Assembly (NCBI GenBank): GCA_035480635.1 | Contig: DATIHN010000025.1 | Location: forward strand, 12,384 to 76,383 | Direction of reading: 5' to 3' | Source of the DNA: Candidatus Saccharimonadales bacterium | GTDB lineage: Bacteria; Patescibacteriota; Saccharimonadia; UBA4664; DATIHN01 | DNA: 64,000 nucleotides | Shown: positions 1 to 9,872 of the stretch, piece after piece | Layout: the number at the start of each line of letters is the position of its first letter | How positions within the stretch are numbered: the first letter of the stretch is position 1 | Made by a program: the position numbers and the translations under genes | Notes under the pieces: generated by a model | Told to the model about the DNA's origin: nothing | Databases searched by the model: none | What the model saw: only the letters and a program-made list of their open reading frames with translations

Positions 1-376
1 CAAAACCGCTGGTCGCGGCACCAAAGGCCAAAATTCCCGTAGTGGCGGTGGCGTGCGATTGGGTTTTGAGGGTGGTCAGAATCCGCTAGCCAAGCGCTTA
101 CCGAAAAAGCGCGGCTTTACCAGCATTAACCGGATCGACTACCAAGAGGTCAATTTGAATCAATTGGATTCGGTCAAAGGTACCCAAATTACTCCCGATA
201 CTCTAGCCCAGGCTAAGTTGGTTAAATCCAGCACCAAACCGGTCAAGATTTTGGGTGATGGTAAAATTGAGCGCAAACTGAGTTTCAAAGTCCAAGCCAT
301 GACGATACAGGCCAAAGCCAAGGTTGAAGCCGCCGGTGGTACAATTGAACTGCTAAGTTCAACTACCAAACCATAA
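1..376 (+). CDS. rplO: 50S ribosomal protein L15 (5'-partial, runs off window start)
   Basis: Frame-2 translation from nt 2 gives KTAGRGTKGQNSRSGGGVRLGFEGGQNP..., the L15 Gly/Arg-rich N-region; position directly upstream of secY. Confidence 0.85.
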   Translation, partial: KTAGRGTKGQNSRSGGGVRLGFEGGQNPLAKRLPKKRGFTSINRIDYQEVNLNQLDSVKGTQITPDTLAQAKLVKSSTKPVKILGDGKIERKLSFKVQAMTIQAKAKVEAAGGTIELLSSTTKP

Positions 377-1689
377 TGAATCTAGGCATTATCAAGCAAG
401 TTTATCGCTCCAGCGACATCCGCAAGCGGGTCCTAGTAGTACTGGGTCTGCTGGTGGCCTTTCGGTTTCTGGCCCATGTGCCAGTGCCGGTGCCTAATAA
501 TGTGGCGCTGACAACTTTCTTACGGACTCTATTTAACTCTAATAAACTGCTCGGTTTTGCCGATCTCTTCTCTGGTGGGGCCCTGACTAACTTTTCGATC
601 ATTATGATGGGAGTTGGCCCCTTCATTAATGCTTCGATCATTATGCAGCTGCTGCAGCAAGCATTGCCTAAACTGGAAGCTTTAGCCAAAGAAGGCGAAC
701 GTGGTCGACAACAAATTAACCAATACACTAGAATGCTGACTCTGCCGCTAGCTTTGATTCAGTCGGTGGCCATGATCTTCTTGGTTCAGCAGACCTCAAA
801 GCGGGTGGCTCAGACTGATCTGATCGGTCACCCGTCGCTATCCCAGTGGTTGCTAATGGTTATTACTATTACCGCCGGCACCATGCTGCTGATGTGGCTG
901 GGCGAAATCATTACTGATAAAGGCATTGGTAACGGGATCTCGCTAATCATTTTTGCAGGTATTGTGGCCCGTTTGCCTTCTAGTGCCGGACAGTTCTTTT
1001 CGCTAGCTCAAAACGATACCGGCAAAATCCTAACCCTAGGCTTCTTCGTGGCCCTGGCTCTAGCAGTCATTTACTTCGTAGTTATTCTAAACGAAGGCCA
1101 GCGTAACATCCCTGTCTCTTATGCCAGGAGGGTTCGCGGTAGTCGAGTCTACGGCGGCGTTGATACTCATTTGCCGCTTAGAGTTATCACCGCCGGCGTC
1201 ATCCCAATCATTTTTGCGCTGGCATTCCTGACCATCCCCGGTTTTGTCGGGCAAATATTCTCAAACGCATCTAGTCAGTGGTTATCATCGTTTGCCCATT
1301 GGCTAACAGCAGTATTTAATCCTAATAACCCGTGGTACGCCGTTATTTACTTCATGCTGGTAGTGGTCTTTACCTACTTTTATACCGCCATCGTCTTTAA
1401 CCCCGATGAAATTGCCGAGAACCTGCAAAAGCAGGGCGGCTTCATTCCTGGCATTCGCCCCGGTGGCCAAACGGCTAGTTACCTGCGCAAACTTCTAAAC
1501 CGCATAACCTTGGCCGGTGCAGTTGGCTTAGGCCTTATCGCCATTCTGCCGTTCATCGCCCAACACTTTACCAACACTCAAACTCTAACCTTCGGCGGCA
1601 CCGGGCTAATCATTGTGGTCAGCGTGGCCATTGAAACAATGAAACAGATCGAAGCCTTGGTGGTGACTGAGAGCTACGAGAATTACTAG
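376..1689 (+). CDS. secY: preprotein translocase subunit SecY
   Basis: 437 aa, 10-TM protein with typical SecY sequence; follows rplO. Confidence 0.95.
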   Translation: MNLGIIKQVYRSSDIRKRVLVVLGLLVAFRFLAHVPVPVPNNVALTTFLRTLFNSNKLLGFADLFSGGALTNFSIIMMGVGPFINASIIMQLLQQALPKLEALAKEGERGRQQINQYTRMLTLPLALIQSVAMIFLVQQTSKRVAQTDLIGHPSLSQWLLMVITITAGTMLLMWLGEIITDKGIGNGISLIIFAGIVARLPSSAGQFFSLAQNDTGKILTLGFFVALALAVIYFVVILNEGQRNIPVSYARRVRGSRVYGGVDTHLPLRVITAGVIPIIFALAFLTIPGFVGQIFSNASSQWLSSFAHWLTAVFNPNNPWYAVIYFMLVVVFTYFYTAIVFNPDEIAENLQKQGGFIPGIRPGGQTASYLRKLLNRITLAGAVGLGLIAILPFIAQHFTNTQTLTFGGTGLIIVVSVAIETMKQIEALVVTESYENY

Positions 1690-2345
1690 TGAAGCTGCTT
1701 CTGACGTCAGCCGGCATACGAAACCAGGGAATCGCCGACGCTCTGAAGTCGCTGATCAATAAGCCTGTCGAATCAGTTAAGGTTGGACTAATACCGACCG
1801 CCCAGAATTTTGAGCCTGGTAATAAAGACTTCTTTATCGCCCAGCTAACTAATCTCCAGAAGCATGGGTTTAGCTGGATTGATATTGTTGACCCAGCTGC
1901 TGATGGGATCGACTGGAAATCTAGACTAGACCCTGTTGACATCGTTTTTGTGAGTGGTGGTAACACATTTTATCTTATGGAGGAGACCAGGAAATCGGGA
2001 CTTGGTGACTGGCTCAGTAAAAATATTGCGACCAAGGTTTATGTTGGAGTAAGTGCCGGGTCTATCATGGCTACCCCCTCGATCGCGGTCGCCGAAATCG
2101 ATGATGGCGACGAAAATGCTGTCGGATTGACAGATCTAACCGGCTTGAGCTTTGTTGATTTTGAGGTCTCACCCCATACACCAGAGTTTGTCAGTGTTGA
2201 GGCAAATAATGAATATGCTACTAAAATTGACCGAGAGTTGTATCTAATTGACGACGAATCGGCCATTAAAGTCGATGGCAAAGAAATCACGGTCGTTGGT
2301 GAGGGTAGCCACTCAATACTAAATCAAGCAAAAATCTCCCGTTAA
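1689..2345 (+). CDS. peptidase E / S51 family (type-1 glutamine amidotransferase-like) dipeptidase
   Basis: MKLLLTSAGI...VFVSGGNTFYLM...VGVSAGSIM resembles peptidase S51; GTG start overlaps secY TAG by 1 nt (translational coupling). Confidence 0.7.
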   Translation: MKLLLTSAGIRNQGIADALKSLINKPVESVKVGLIPTAQNFEPGNKDFFIAQLTNLQKHGFSWIDIVDPAADGIDWKSRLDPVDIVFVSGGNTFYLMEETRKSGLGDWLSKNIATKVYVGVSAGSIMATPSIAVAEIDDGDENAVGLTDLTGLSFVDFEVSPHTPEFVSVEANNEYATKIDRELYLIDDESAIKVDGKEITVVGEGSHSILNQAKISR

Positions 2346-2349
2346 CCCC

Positions 2350-2378
2350 TTTACAATTCTGTAAAGTTTCTCTATAAT
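2350..2378 (+). promoter_or_regulatory. sigma70-like promoter of infA (TTTACA-17 nt-TATAAT)
   Basis: TTTACA 2350-2355, 17-nt spacer, TATAAT 2373-2378, ATG of infA at 2399. Confidence 0.45.
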
Positions 2379-2398
2379 TGAGGACTGTAGCTCAAATT

Positions 2399-2620
2399 AT
2401 GTCTGATACAAAGGAAGTAATCGAGGTCGAAGGCACCGTTTCCGAAACACTGCCGAACGCTATGTTCAAAGTGGAACTCGAGAACGGGCATGTTATTTTA
2501 GCTCACATTTCCGGCAAAATGCGGATGCACTACATCCGAATTGTGCCAGGGGATAAAGTGATGGTTGAAATGACGCCCTATGATCTGGAAAAGGGCCGCA
2601 TTAGATACCGAATAGGCTAA
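2399..2620 (+). CDS. infA: translation initiation factor IF-1
   Basis: [42 protein letters not shown]... near-identical pattern to bacterial IF-1; the ORF-track TTG at 2378 lies inside the -10 box, so ATG 2399 is preferred. Confidence 0.9.
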   Translation: MSDTKEVIEVEGTVSETLPNAMFKVELENGHVILAHISGKMRMHYIRIVPGDKVMVEMTPYDLEKGRIRYRIG

Positions 2621-2630
2621 AGGTAAAAGC

Positions 2631-2744
2631 ATGAAGGTACGCGCAGGCGTCAAACCAATTTGTTCTAAGTGCAAAGTCGTCCGACGTGAGGGCGTGGTTT
2701 ATGTTATTTGCCCAACGCCTAAGCATAAACAAAGGCAGGGCTAA
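2631..2744 (+). CDS. rpmJ: 50S ribosomal protein L36
   Basis: 37-aa [40 protein letters not shown] (not in ORF track, <60 aa); stop overlaps rpsM ATG. Confidence 0.85.
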   Translation: MKVRAGVKPICSKCKVVRREGVVYVICPTPKHKQRQG

Positions 2745-3130
2745 TGGCACGCATCGCCGGAGTTAACATCCCAGATAGCAAACGAGCCGAGGTGGCCCTA
2801 ACCTATATTTTCGGCATTGGCGTAACTTCCAGCCGCAAAATCTTAGCTGCCGCTAAAGTTAGCGGTGACGCGCGAGTCAAAGATCTAACCGAGGCCCAAA
2901 TCGCCGCCATTAGAGGCGAGATCGAGAAGACCTACACCGTCGAAGGCGATTTACAGCGTCAGGTTAGCACGAACATTAAGCGGTTAAAAGACATTAACGC
3001 CTTTGCGGGCTTAAGACACAAAAATAACTTGCCCGTTCATGGTCAGCGCACCAAGACGAATGCCCGGACCAAACGCGGTAAAAAGATCACTATGGGTAGT
3101 GGTCGTAAGAAAGCGGCTTCTAAGACTTAA
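2744..3130 (+). CDS. rpsM: 30S ribosomal protein S13
   Basis: [26 protein letters not shown]... canonical S13. Confidence 0.95.
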   Translation: MARIAGVNIPDSKRAEVALTYIFGIGVTSSRKILAAAKVSGDARVKDLTEAQIAAIRGEIEKTYTVEGDLQRQVSTNIKRLKDINAFAGLRHKNNLPVHGQRTKTNARTKRGKKITMGSGRKKAASKT

Positions 3131-3135
3131 GGATT

Positions 3136-3534
3136 ATGATGGCACAAACTTCAACCAAAACGACCAGACGCAAGCGCACCAAGAAGAGTATCGCTAGTGG
3201 TGTCGTGCACATTCAGGCCACCTTTAATAACACTATCATTTCAGTAACCGACGATAAGGGTAATCTAGTTAGTTGGTCGAGTTCCGGTGCGGCTGGATTC
3301 AAGGGATCTCGTAAAAGCACCCCATATGCCGCTGGCATTGCCGCTGAACGAGCCCTGACCAGTGCTAAGGATGTTGGTCTAACTAAGGTTGAGGTCTTAG
3401 TCAAAGGTGTTGGCAGTGGTCGGGAAGCCGCCATACGCAGTTTGCAGAGCCTGGGTATCACCGTAACTGGTATCCGCGACGTTACCGGCATTCCTCACAA
3501 TGGTTGCCGACCCCGAAAGCCGAGGCGAGTCTAA
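3136..3534 (+). CDS. rpsK: 30S ribosomal protein S11
   Basis: S11 signature ...[14 protein letters not shown]...; operon order. Confidence 0.95.
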   Translation: MMAQTSTKTTRRKRTKKSIASGVVHIQATFNNTIISVTDDKGNLVSWSSSGAAGFKGSRKSTPYAAGIAAERALTSAKDVGLTKVEVLVKGVGSGREAAIRSLQSLGITVTGIRDVTGIPHNGCRPRKPRRV

Positions 3535-4151
3535 TGGCTAGAGACCTAATGCCAGTGGTAAAGCGCTCGCGGCGCGAAAAAATCGCCTTGCACCCCAAAG
3601 CTATTAAGGCTATGACCAAAAAACCCTACGGCCCGGGCGAGCACGGTCAGACTAATTTGCGCTCAAAACCCAGCCAGTACGCTATTCAACTCCGTGAAAA
3701 GCAAAAAGTTAAGCGCCTCTACGGCTTGCTGGAAAAGCAATTTGCGACCCTAGTTGGCCAGGCTGAGCATCGGCCGGGGGTAACCGGTGATATCATGTTG
3801 CAAATGCTCGAACAGCGCTTGGATAACGCTGTCTATCGCATAGGCTTCGCCGGCAGTCGGCAGGCGGCCAGGCAATTAGTCACTCACGGTCACTTCATCC
3901 TCAACGATCGTCGGGTGGATATTCCCTCGATTCGCTTGAAGCCGGGCGATGAGTTTAAGGTGCGGCCCAAGAGTCAGACCAACGAATACTTTAAGCTTTT
4001 AGAACCGGTGCTGAAATCAGCTAAGCCTGACGTGCGCTGGCTGAGTCTGGACGCAGCCAAACTAAGCGTTAAAGTTACTGGTCTGCCAGCGCGCGAAGAC
4101 GTTGTTGACGACATCAATGAACAGTTAATTATTGAGTTCTACTCAAGGTAA
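3534..4151 (+). CDS. rpsD: 30S ribosomal protein S4
   Basis: [19 protein letters not shown]... S4; ATG 3534 overlaps rpsK TAA (ORF-track upstream M at 3504 is inside rpsK). Confidence 0.9.
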   Translation: MARDLMPVVKRSRREKIALHPKAIKAMTKKPYGPGEHGQTNLRSKPSQYAIQLREKQKVKRLYGLLEKQFATLVGQAEHRPGVTGDIMLQMLEQRLDNAVYRIGFAGSRQAARQLVTHGHFILNDRRVDIPSIRLKPGDEFKVRPKSQTNEYFKLLEPVLKSAKPDVRWLSLDAAKLSVKVTGLPAREDVVDDINEQLIIEFYSR

Positions 4152-4164
4152 ATAAGGAGGCCAA

Positions 4165-5103
4165 GTGCTACACCCAATCCAACTACCAGAATTAAAAACC
4201 ACTTCGGAGGATGGCAACAAAGCTACGTTTGCCATCGAGCCACTCTATTCCGGCTATGGCATGACGCTGGGCAATTCCTTGCGCCGCGTTATTCTATCCA
4301 GTCTTAGTGGTGCGGCCGTGACAGCCGTAAAAATCGATAATGTCTCACACGAATTTTCGACCATTGAAGGCGTCAAAGAAGACGTGGTAGAAATCATTTT
4401 GAATCTTAAAAAACTGCGCTTTAAGGTCTTTAGTGATGAGCCTCAATTCCTGATTCTAACCAAATCTGGATCGGGCGAGGTTAAAGCCAAAGACATTAAA
4501 ACCACCGCCGATGCTGAAATTATCAATCCAGATCAGTTGATTGCTACACTAGACAATTCGAAGAGCAAGCTTGGAATGGAAATCAAGGTCGAAAAGGGCC
4601 GCGGCTATGTACCGGTTGAAGCCAGAGAAAGTGAAAAGCTGGAAGTTGGCATGATTGCGGTTGATGCTCTCTACAGCCCCGTTCAAAGGGTTCGCTACAG
4701 TGTCGAAAACACCCGCGTTGGTCAAATGACCGACCTCGATCGCTTGGTCATTGAAATCGAAACTGATGGTAGCGTTAGCCCCCTTGATGCCCTCAGCCAA
4801 GCTGCTGATATCTTGGTAGAACACTTCTCGGTTGTGGCGGGCAACGCTCAGCCAGAACCAACCGATGGTGCGATAGAAGATCGTAGTGAAGGTGATGCCG
4901 CCAAAATTAGCATCGAGGAAGTTAACTTCTCTCCCAGAACCAGTAACGCTTTAATCAACAACGACATCAAAACCATTAAAGACTTACTGCGGCTGAGTGA
5001 TCAAGAGCTAAAGGACCTGAAAGGCTTCGGAGCCAAAGCTTACGATGAAGTTAAAGATAAGTTGGCCGAACTAGGTTTTAGTAAACAGGAGGCCGAGGTT
5101 TAA
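4165..5103 (+). CDS. rpoA: DNA-directed RNA polymerase subunit alpha
   Basis: 312 aa, N-terminal dimerisation and C-terminal alpha-CTD sequence; AAGGAGG SD then GTG. Confidence 0.95.
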   Translation: MLHPIQLPELKTTSEDGNKATFAIEPLYSGYGMTLGNSLRRVILSSLSGAAVTAVKIDNVSHEFSTIEGVKEDVVEIILNLKKLRFKVFSDEPQFLILTKSGSGEVKAKDIKTTADAEIINPDQLIATLDNSKSKLGMEIKVEKGRGYVPVEARESEKLEVGMIAVDALYSPVQRVRYSVENTRVGQMTDLDRLVIEIETDGSVSPLDALSQAADILVEHFSVVAGNAQPEPTDGAIEDRSEGDAAKISIEEVNFSPRTSNALINNDIKTIKDLLRLSDQELKDLKGFGAKAYDEVKDKLAELGFSKQEAEV

Positions 5104-5106
5104 GCA

Positions 5107-5586
5107 ATGCATCGCCACGCCTACAATGGTCGTAAATTGTCCCGCCAGCGCGATCAGCGACTGGCTTTGGTGCGTGGCCAAATTATTTCGCTAGTTCTCT
5201 ATGAGCACATTGAAACAACCTTAGCCAAAGCCAAAACAGTAGCACCGGAAATGGAGCGTCTAATCACTAAGGCCAAAAGCGGTACTTTAGCCGATCGGAG
5301 ATCCATCGAAGCCGAGATTACTAGTTCAAGTGCGGTCAAAAAACTAATGACCGATTTGGCCCCACGATTCAAGGACCGGACCGGTGGCTATACTAGAATT
5401 ATTAAAACTAGCAACCGTTTGGGCGATAATGCGCCAATGGCGGTACTGTCCTTAGTGATATCCGAACCAGCCGCTAAGCCGGATGATAAGACTGAGGCCG
5501 TAGCTGAATCGACTCCAAAAGCCAAACCAGCGGCCAAAAAGCCGGCCGTGAAGCGCTCAGCTAAAACTGCTGGAGCCAAGTCATGA
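5107..5586 (+). CDS. rplQ: 50S ribosomal protein L17 with Lys/Ala-rich C-terminal tail
   Basis: L17 core followed by a ~35-aa AKPAAKKPAVKRSAKTAGAKS tail. Confidence 0.9.
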   Translation: MHRHAYNGRKLSRQRDQRLALVRGQIISLVLYEHIETTLAKAKTVAPEMERLITKAKSGTLADRRSIEAEITSSSAVKKLMTDLAPRFKDRTGGYTRIIKTSNRLGDNAPMAVLSLVISEPAAKPDDKTEAVAESTPKAKPAAKKPAVKRSAKTAGAKS

Positions 5587-6029
5587 AGACTTACTCACCT
5601 AAAGCTAGCGAAATTAGCCGCACCTGGTACCTAGTTGATGCCAAGGACCAAGTTCTGGGCCGGTTGGCTAGCCATTTGGCTATGTTTTTGCAGGGCAAGC
5701 ATAAACCAGGGTTTGCGGCGCATTTGGATTCTGGCGATTTCGTGGTAGTTATAAACGCCAGTAAAATTAAGCTAACAGGCAATAAACTAGAAGACAAAAC
5801 TTATTATCACCACTCAGGTTACCCCGGTGGGATTAAAGAAACCAGTTTGAAGCAAAAGATGGCGCAAGATCCGAGCTGGGTTATAAAGCACGCCGTTGCT
5901 GGGATGCTGCCCAAAAACCGCCTGAGCGATGATCGGCTGAAGCGCCTGAAGGTCTATGCCTCTAGTCAGCATTTACACGCCGGCCAAACCCCGGTTCCAT
6001 TATCATTTGACACCAAGGAGTCGAACTAA
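5583..6029 (+). CDS. rplM: 50S ribosomal protein L13
   Basis: MKTYSPKASEISRTWYLVDAKDQVLGRLAS... canonical L13. Confidence 0.95.
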   Translation: MKTYSPKASEISRTWYLVDAKDQVLGRLASHLAMFLQGKHKPGFAAHLDSGDFVVVINASKIKLTGNKLEDKTYYHHSGYPGGIKETSLKQKMAQDPSWVIKHAVAGMLPKNRLSDDRLKRLKVYASSQHLHAGQTPVPLSFDTKESN

Positions 6030-6427
6030 TGCCAGAAACTGCTAAATATTATTACGCCAAAGGACGCCGCAAAGAGGCCGTGGCTACAGCTCGCTTATTC
6101 TCAGGCAAGGGCACCACAATGGTCAATGATGTGACCGTCATGGAATACTTTAATAACAAAACCCTGGTGGCCGCCCTCGATCAGCCACTGAAGGAAACTG
6201 GCAACGAAACTAAACTCTACGCTACCATCAAAGTTAGTGGCGGCGGCAAACACGGGCAGGCCGAAGCGGCCAGATTAGCCATTGCCCGGGCCTTACTAGA
6301 ACTCAATGCCGACTTGCGGCCAACCCTAAAGAAAGCTGGCCTATTAACCCGCGACCCAAGAGAAAAGGAACGCAAAAAGCCTGGTCTCAAACGGGCTCGC
6401 AAGGCTTCGCAGTTCTCAAAACGCTAG
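6029..6427 (+). CDS. rpsI: 30S ribosomal protein S9
   Basis: C-terminal ...RKKPGLKRARKASQFSKR typical S9. Confidence 0.95.
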   Translation: MPETAKYYYAKGRRKEAVATARLFSGKGTTMVNDVTVMEYFNNKTLVAALDQPLKETGNETKLYATIKVSGGGKHGQAEAARLAIARALLELNADLRPTLKKAGLLTRDPREKERKKPGLKRARKASQFSKR

Positions 6428-6476
6428 TTCAAGCTTCACTGTCGAATCAGGAACATAAGCAGTATATAATATAGGG

Positions 6477-7478
6477 GTGAGCAAACGCGGCAATCGAACA
6501 TTGCTGAGAATTTCGGTACTCTCCATTCTACTGGTGGCGGTCGGTACTTTTGGTTTCGCTCGCTTTGAGCATTACAATTATGCTCTATCTCTCTACACCA
6601 CCTTACTAGTGCTGTTAACGCATTATCCGCATGGCGATGTTGCGACCTGGCAAGGCAAAACGCTATTAATTTTTTTAATTATTGCCAGCCTCGTCATCAT
6701 TGCTTATTTGCTTAAGTGGTTTGCCGAATATATGATTGGAATAGGTGGAAATGTACGAAAGCGACATGTGAAAGCAAAAATTGATAAACTCAAAGGGCAT
6801 TATATAGTCTGCGGTCTGGGACGCGTTGGCTCCCAAGTCGCCCGCGAAATGGCTATTGAGGGCATCGCCTTCGTTGGCATAGATAAAGACCAAGAAAGAG
6901 TCGATGAAGCTCTCGAATCTGGCTATTTGGCCTTTTGCGCCGACAGTAGCGCTGAGGGGACATTGCTTGATGCTGGAATTTCAAGAGCTAAGGGGTTGGT
7001 CGCAAGCCTAGGCGAGGATTCACTAAACTTGTTCGTGACGCTCGCAGCAAAATCACTTAATGGCAAAGTTTACGTCGTAGCTAGAGCCAATCGCCAAGAA
7101 AGCGAACTTAAATTAAAACGAGCTGGAGCCGATCGAGTTGCCCTACCTTATCAAATTGGTGGTTACCACATGGCTTCCATGGTGCTCAGGCCTAATGTGG
7201 TTGATTATCTGGATGTCATCAACACCAACGGCAGCAATAAAGACTTACAGGTTGAAGAGATGATAGTCGGCGATAAATCTGAACTGGCCGGCCATCGCTT
7301 GGCTGAGCATAAATTTTTGGTCGAAGGCTCTAATGGTGCGACGGTTATTGCGATTAACGGCTCCGATGGCTCAAGCATTGTTCGGCCATCGGGTAGCGAA
7401 GTAATTTACCCTGGGGATCGCTTAATTCTGCTGGGAGCAAAGAAAGATCTGACCGAGGCTTCGGCCCTGATTCGCTAA
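6477..7478 (+). CDS. membrane protein with 2 N-terminal TM helices plus RCK/TrkA-N and TrkA-C domains (K+ transport regulator/channel-like, no GYG filter)
   Basis: GTG start 6 nt after TATAAT; HYIVCGLGRVGSQVA Rossmann (TrkA-N) motif; no selectivity filter seen. Confidence 0.6.
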   Translation: MSKRGNRTLLRISVLSILLVAVGTFGFARFEHYNYALSLYTTLLVLLTHYPHGDVATWQGKTLLIFLIIASLVIIAYLLKWFAEYMIGIGGNVRKRHVKAKIDKLKGHYIVCGLGRVGSQVAREMAIEGIAFVGIDKDQERVDEALESGYLAFCADSSAEGTLLDAGISRAKGLVASLGEDSLNLFVTLAAKSLNGKVYVVARANRQESELKLKRAGADRVALPYQIGGYHMASMVLRPNVVDYLDVINTNGSNKDLQVEEMIVGDKSELAGHRLAEHKFLVEGSNGATVIAINGSDGSSIVRPSGSEVIYPGDRLILLGAKKDLTEASALIR

Positions 7479-8345
7479 ATGAAACGCCACCGAGTTGGTG
7501 TCAGTGAAGCCGGACATAGATTGGATGTGGTTGCGATGGCCTGGCTCGGTCTTAGCCGCAATCAGGCGTCACAGTTAATCAAATCGCATCAAATTACCGT
7601 TGATAATCAGGCTGTTAAAGCCGGTGCAATGCTCAAGTTGAATAGTTTACTAAGGTATCATCCGACTAATAACTTAAAAATTGTGCCTAGTTCGAGTAAG
7701 CTAAAAGTTTTATACCAAGATGAGGCCGTGATGGTAGTCGATAAGCCCGCTGGACTATTAGTCCACCCAACCTCGACGCAAGCAAATGATATCACTGTTG
7801 CCGACCTGATTAGGCATGATACAACTGACAAAGATGAGCTTAGACCCGGAATTGTCCATCGTTTGGACCGCGATACATCAGGATTAATCATTATCGCTAA
7901 ATCGCAGGTCGGTAAAACCGCTATGCAAGCAGCTTTCCGCAAACATTTGGTAAAAAAAGAATATCTCGCTTTGGTAGAAGGACATTTAGATAAACCGGTG
8001 GCTGAGATTAGCTTGCCGATTGCGGCTGATAGTGGTTCTAGGCGGAAAATCCATCCCGCTGGCAAAGCGGCTATGACTAGCTATAAAGTTGCCAAAGTCT
8101 ATTCGAATTCTACATTGGTCCGAGCTTGGCCCGCCACCGGTCGAACTCACCAGTTACGAGTCCACTTTGCCGCTATTGGACATCCAATTGTGGGTGATAA
8201 AGTATATGGCCACCCCAACCAGAGCTTAGCTAGGCAATTCTTACACGCTACCAAACTTGAATTTAGATCCCCGACTAATAAGTGGGTAGAAGTGAGTAGC
8301 CCACTGCCCAAGGAATTAAAAGACTACCTTAGAACTCTAGGTTGA
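7479..8345 (+). CDS. RluA-family 23S rRNA pseudouridine synthase (RluD-like, S4 domain N-terminal)
   Basis: HRLDRDTSGLIIIAK catalytic-Asp motif of the RluA family; S4-like N-terminus. Confidence 0.8.
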   Translation: MKRHRVGVSEAGHRLDVVAMAWLGLSRNQASQLIKSHQITVDNQAVKAGAMLKLNSLLRYHPTNNLKIVPSSSKLKVLYQDEAVMVVDKPAGLLVHPTSTQANDITVADLIRHDTTDKDELRPGIVHRLDRDTSGLIIIAKSQVGKTAMQAAFRKHLVKKEYLALVEGHLDKPVAEISLPIAADSGSRRKIHPAGKAAMTSYKVAKVYSNSTLVRAWPATGRTHQLRVHFAAIGHPIVGDKVYGHPNQSLARQFLHATKLEFRSPTNKWVEVSSPLPKELKDYLRTLG

Positions 8346-8360
8346 GCATATAATAGGGGC

Positions 8361-9209
8361 GTGGAATTAATTTATCACCCCATAACCAAACGCCAGTTGG
8401 CGGCTATTGATCGCGGCTCAGGCTCTTATATTTTTAGTGGTGCTAGTGGCAATGGCCGCGGTCAAGCAGCGATTAGTTTAGCCAAAAAACTCAACTGTTT
8501 GCAGGGCGGAGACGACAATTGTGCAATTTGTCGAAACATTGAGGCTACTAGCTTTCCCGATTTAATTGAAGTTACCGGAGGAGATAAACGGCTTGGCATT
8601 GAGCAAGTCCAAACCTTGCAGCAGGCCCTTTCCAGCCGACCAATGACGGAAGCCACTACTCGGGTAGTGGTGATAGATAGTGATTCTGGCATTACACCAG
8701 AGGCCCAGAATCGATTACTTAAAACCTTAGAGGAACCACCAGAGAGCACCATTATTATCATCAAAGCCACCGAAATCGATCAGTTGTTACCCACGATTAG
8801 ATCACGCTGCCAGATCATCCATTTCTTACCAGCCCGCCGCTCCGATATTGCGACTTTATTAGGGACCAAATTTTCACAAGTTAGCGCAGATGCCGTTTTA
8901 GCACTGAATCCAGCGACAGTTGGTGAGGCTATGATGCTTGCCAGCGATGATGAAACCAAGAAGGAGCGCCAAAGTCTCTATGATGCTGCTAACAACTTTT
9001 TATCCGCCTCCCTGTACCAGCGCCTAACAATGCTAACTAGTCCAATAATGGCCGATAACTATCAAGCCATCATAGAAATATTAGCCAAAAAAGTTAGTCG
9101 AAGCCCAGCCTCTTTAGGTTCGATAATTAGCATCGAAAAGGCTCAAGCTAGAATCAGGGCCAACGTTGGGGCGCGTAGTGTATTGGAGGCCATGGCGATC
9201 GAGCTATGA
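8361..9209 (+). CDS. holB: DNA polymerase III delta' subunit (clamp-loader AAA+)
   Basis: 282 aa AAA+ clamp-loader-like protein without intact Walker A; GTG 6 nt after TATAAT. Confidence 0.65.
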   Translation: MELIYHPITKRQLAAIDRGSGSYIFSGASGNGRGQAAISLAKKLNCLQGGDDNCAICRNIEATSFPDLIEVTGGDKRLGIEQVQTLQQALSSRPMTEATTRVVVIDSDSGITPEAQNRLLKTLEEPPESTIIIIKATEIDQLLPTIRSRCQIIHFLPARRSDIATLLGTKFSQVSADAVLALNPATVGEAMMLASDDETKKERQSLYDAANNFLSASLYQRLTMLTSPIMADNYQAIIEILAKKVSRSPASLGSIISIEKAQARIRANVGARSVLEAMAIEL

Positions 9210-9862
9210 TGATCGAACTGCTATTTTTCGTAGTGGCGGTGATCATCCTAACCAGGGCAATTAGAGACTTGCAGCGGCCAGTAGCGGCCAAAGCTGTTAC
9301 GCACAGCCAAAAATCGCCCCAGCTGGCTCATTTTGAAACTTATGCCAATCGTCTCTATGGCGAGCGGCAGTATTTGGCGGCCGAGAAGGCCTACCTCAAA
9401 GTCTTAAAGCTTAATCACAAGGATCAGCACGCTTACAACCGCCTTGGCATGATCTATGTGGCGCTGAAGAATTATCCCGACGCCATTGAATGCTTCCAGA
9501 TAGCAGCTCAGTTAAAACCGAGCGCCGCTGGCTGGTATAATCTGGGACTAGCTTATTTCGAAAATGATAACGCCATCAAAGCCATCTCGGCCATCGAAAA
9601 ATCAATAATGTTTGAGCCAACTGCCGCTCGCTTCGTCACTTTGGCTAGGGCTTACACCAAGGTATCCAACTCCTCAAAGGCCATATCGGCGCTAGAGCGA
9701 GCCAGTGACCTAGAGTCATCCAAGAAGACTCTAAGTTTATTGGCTGAGGCTTACACTAAGAACCATGATCGTGAAAAAGCCGTTGAAACTTATCAAAGAA
9801 TATTAGAAATTGATCCGACTGATGCCAAAGCCAAACGCTTGGCTGGTACTACCGTAAGCTAA
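9206..9862 (+). CDS. TPR-repeat protein with N-terminal TM anchor
   Basis: repeated A..Y...G.AY TPR-like 34-aa units; start overlaps holB stop. Confidence 0.6.
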   Translation: MMIELLFFVVAVIILTRAIRDLQRPVAAKAVTHSQKSPQLAHFETYANRLYGERQYLAAEKAYLKVLKLNHKDQHAYNRLGMIYVALKNYPDAIECFQIAAQLKPSAAGWYNLGLAYFENDNAIKAISAIEKSIMFEPTAARFVTLARAYTKVSNSSKAISALERASDLESSKKTLSLLAEAYTKNHDREKAVETYQRILEIDPTDAKAKRLAGTTVS

Positions 9863-9872
9863 TAGAGCGAAG

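Noticed and set aside
402-728. Numerous 60-115-aa ORFs antisense to or nested inside secY, rpsK, rpoA, rplA, dnaX, dnaB, purH, mreB etc.
   Set aside because: They lie entirely within well-supported genes on the opposite strand or in an alternative frame, have no SD, and have biased antisense composition.
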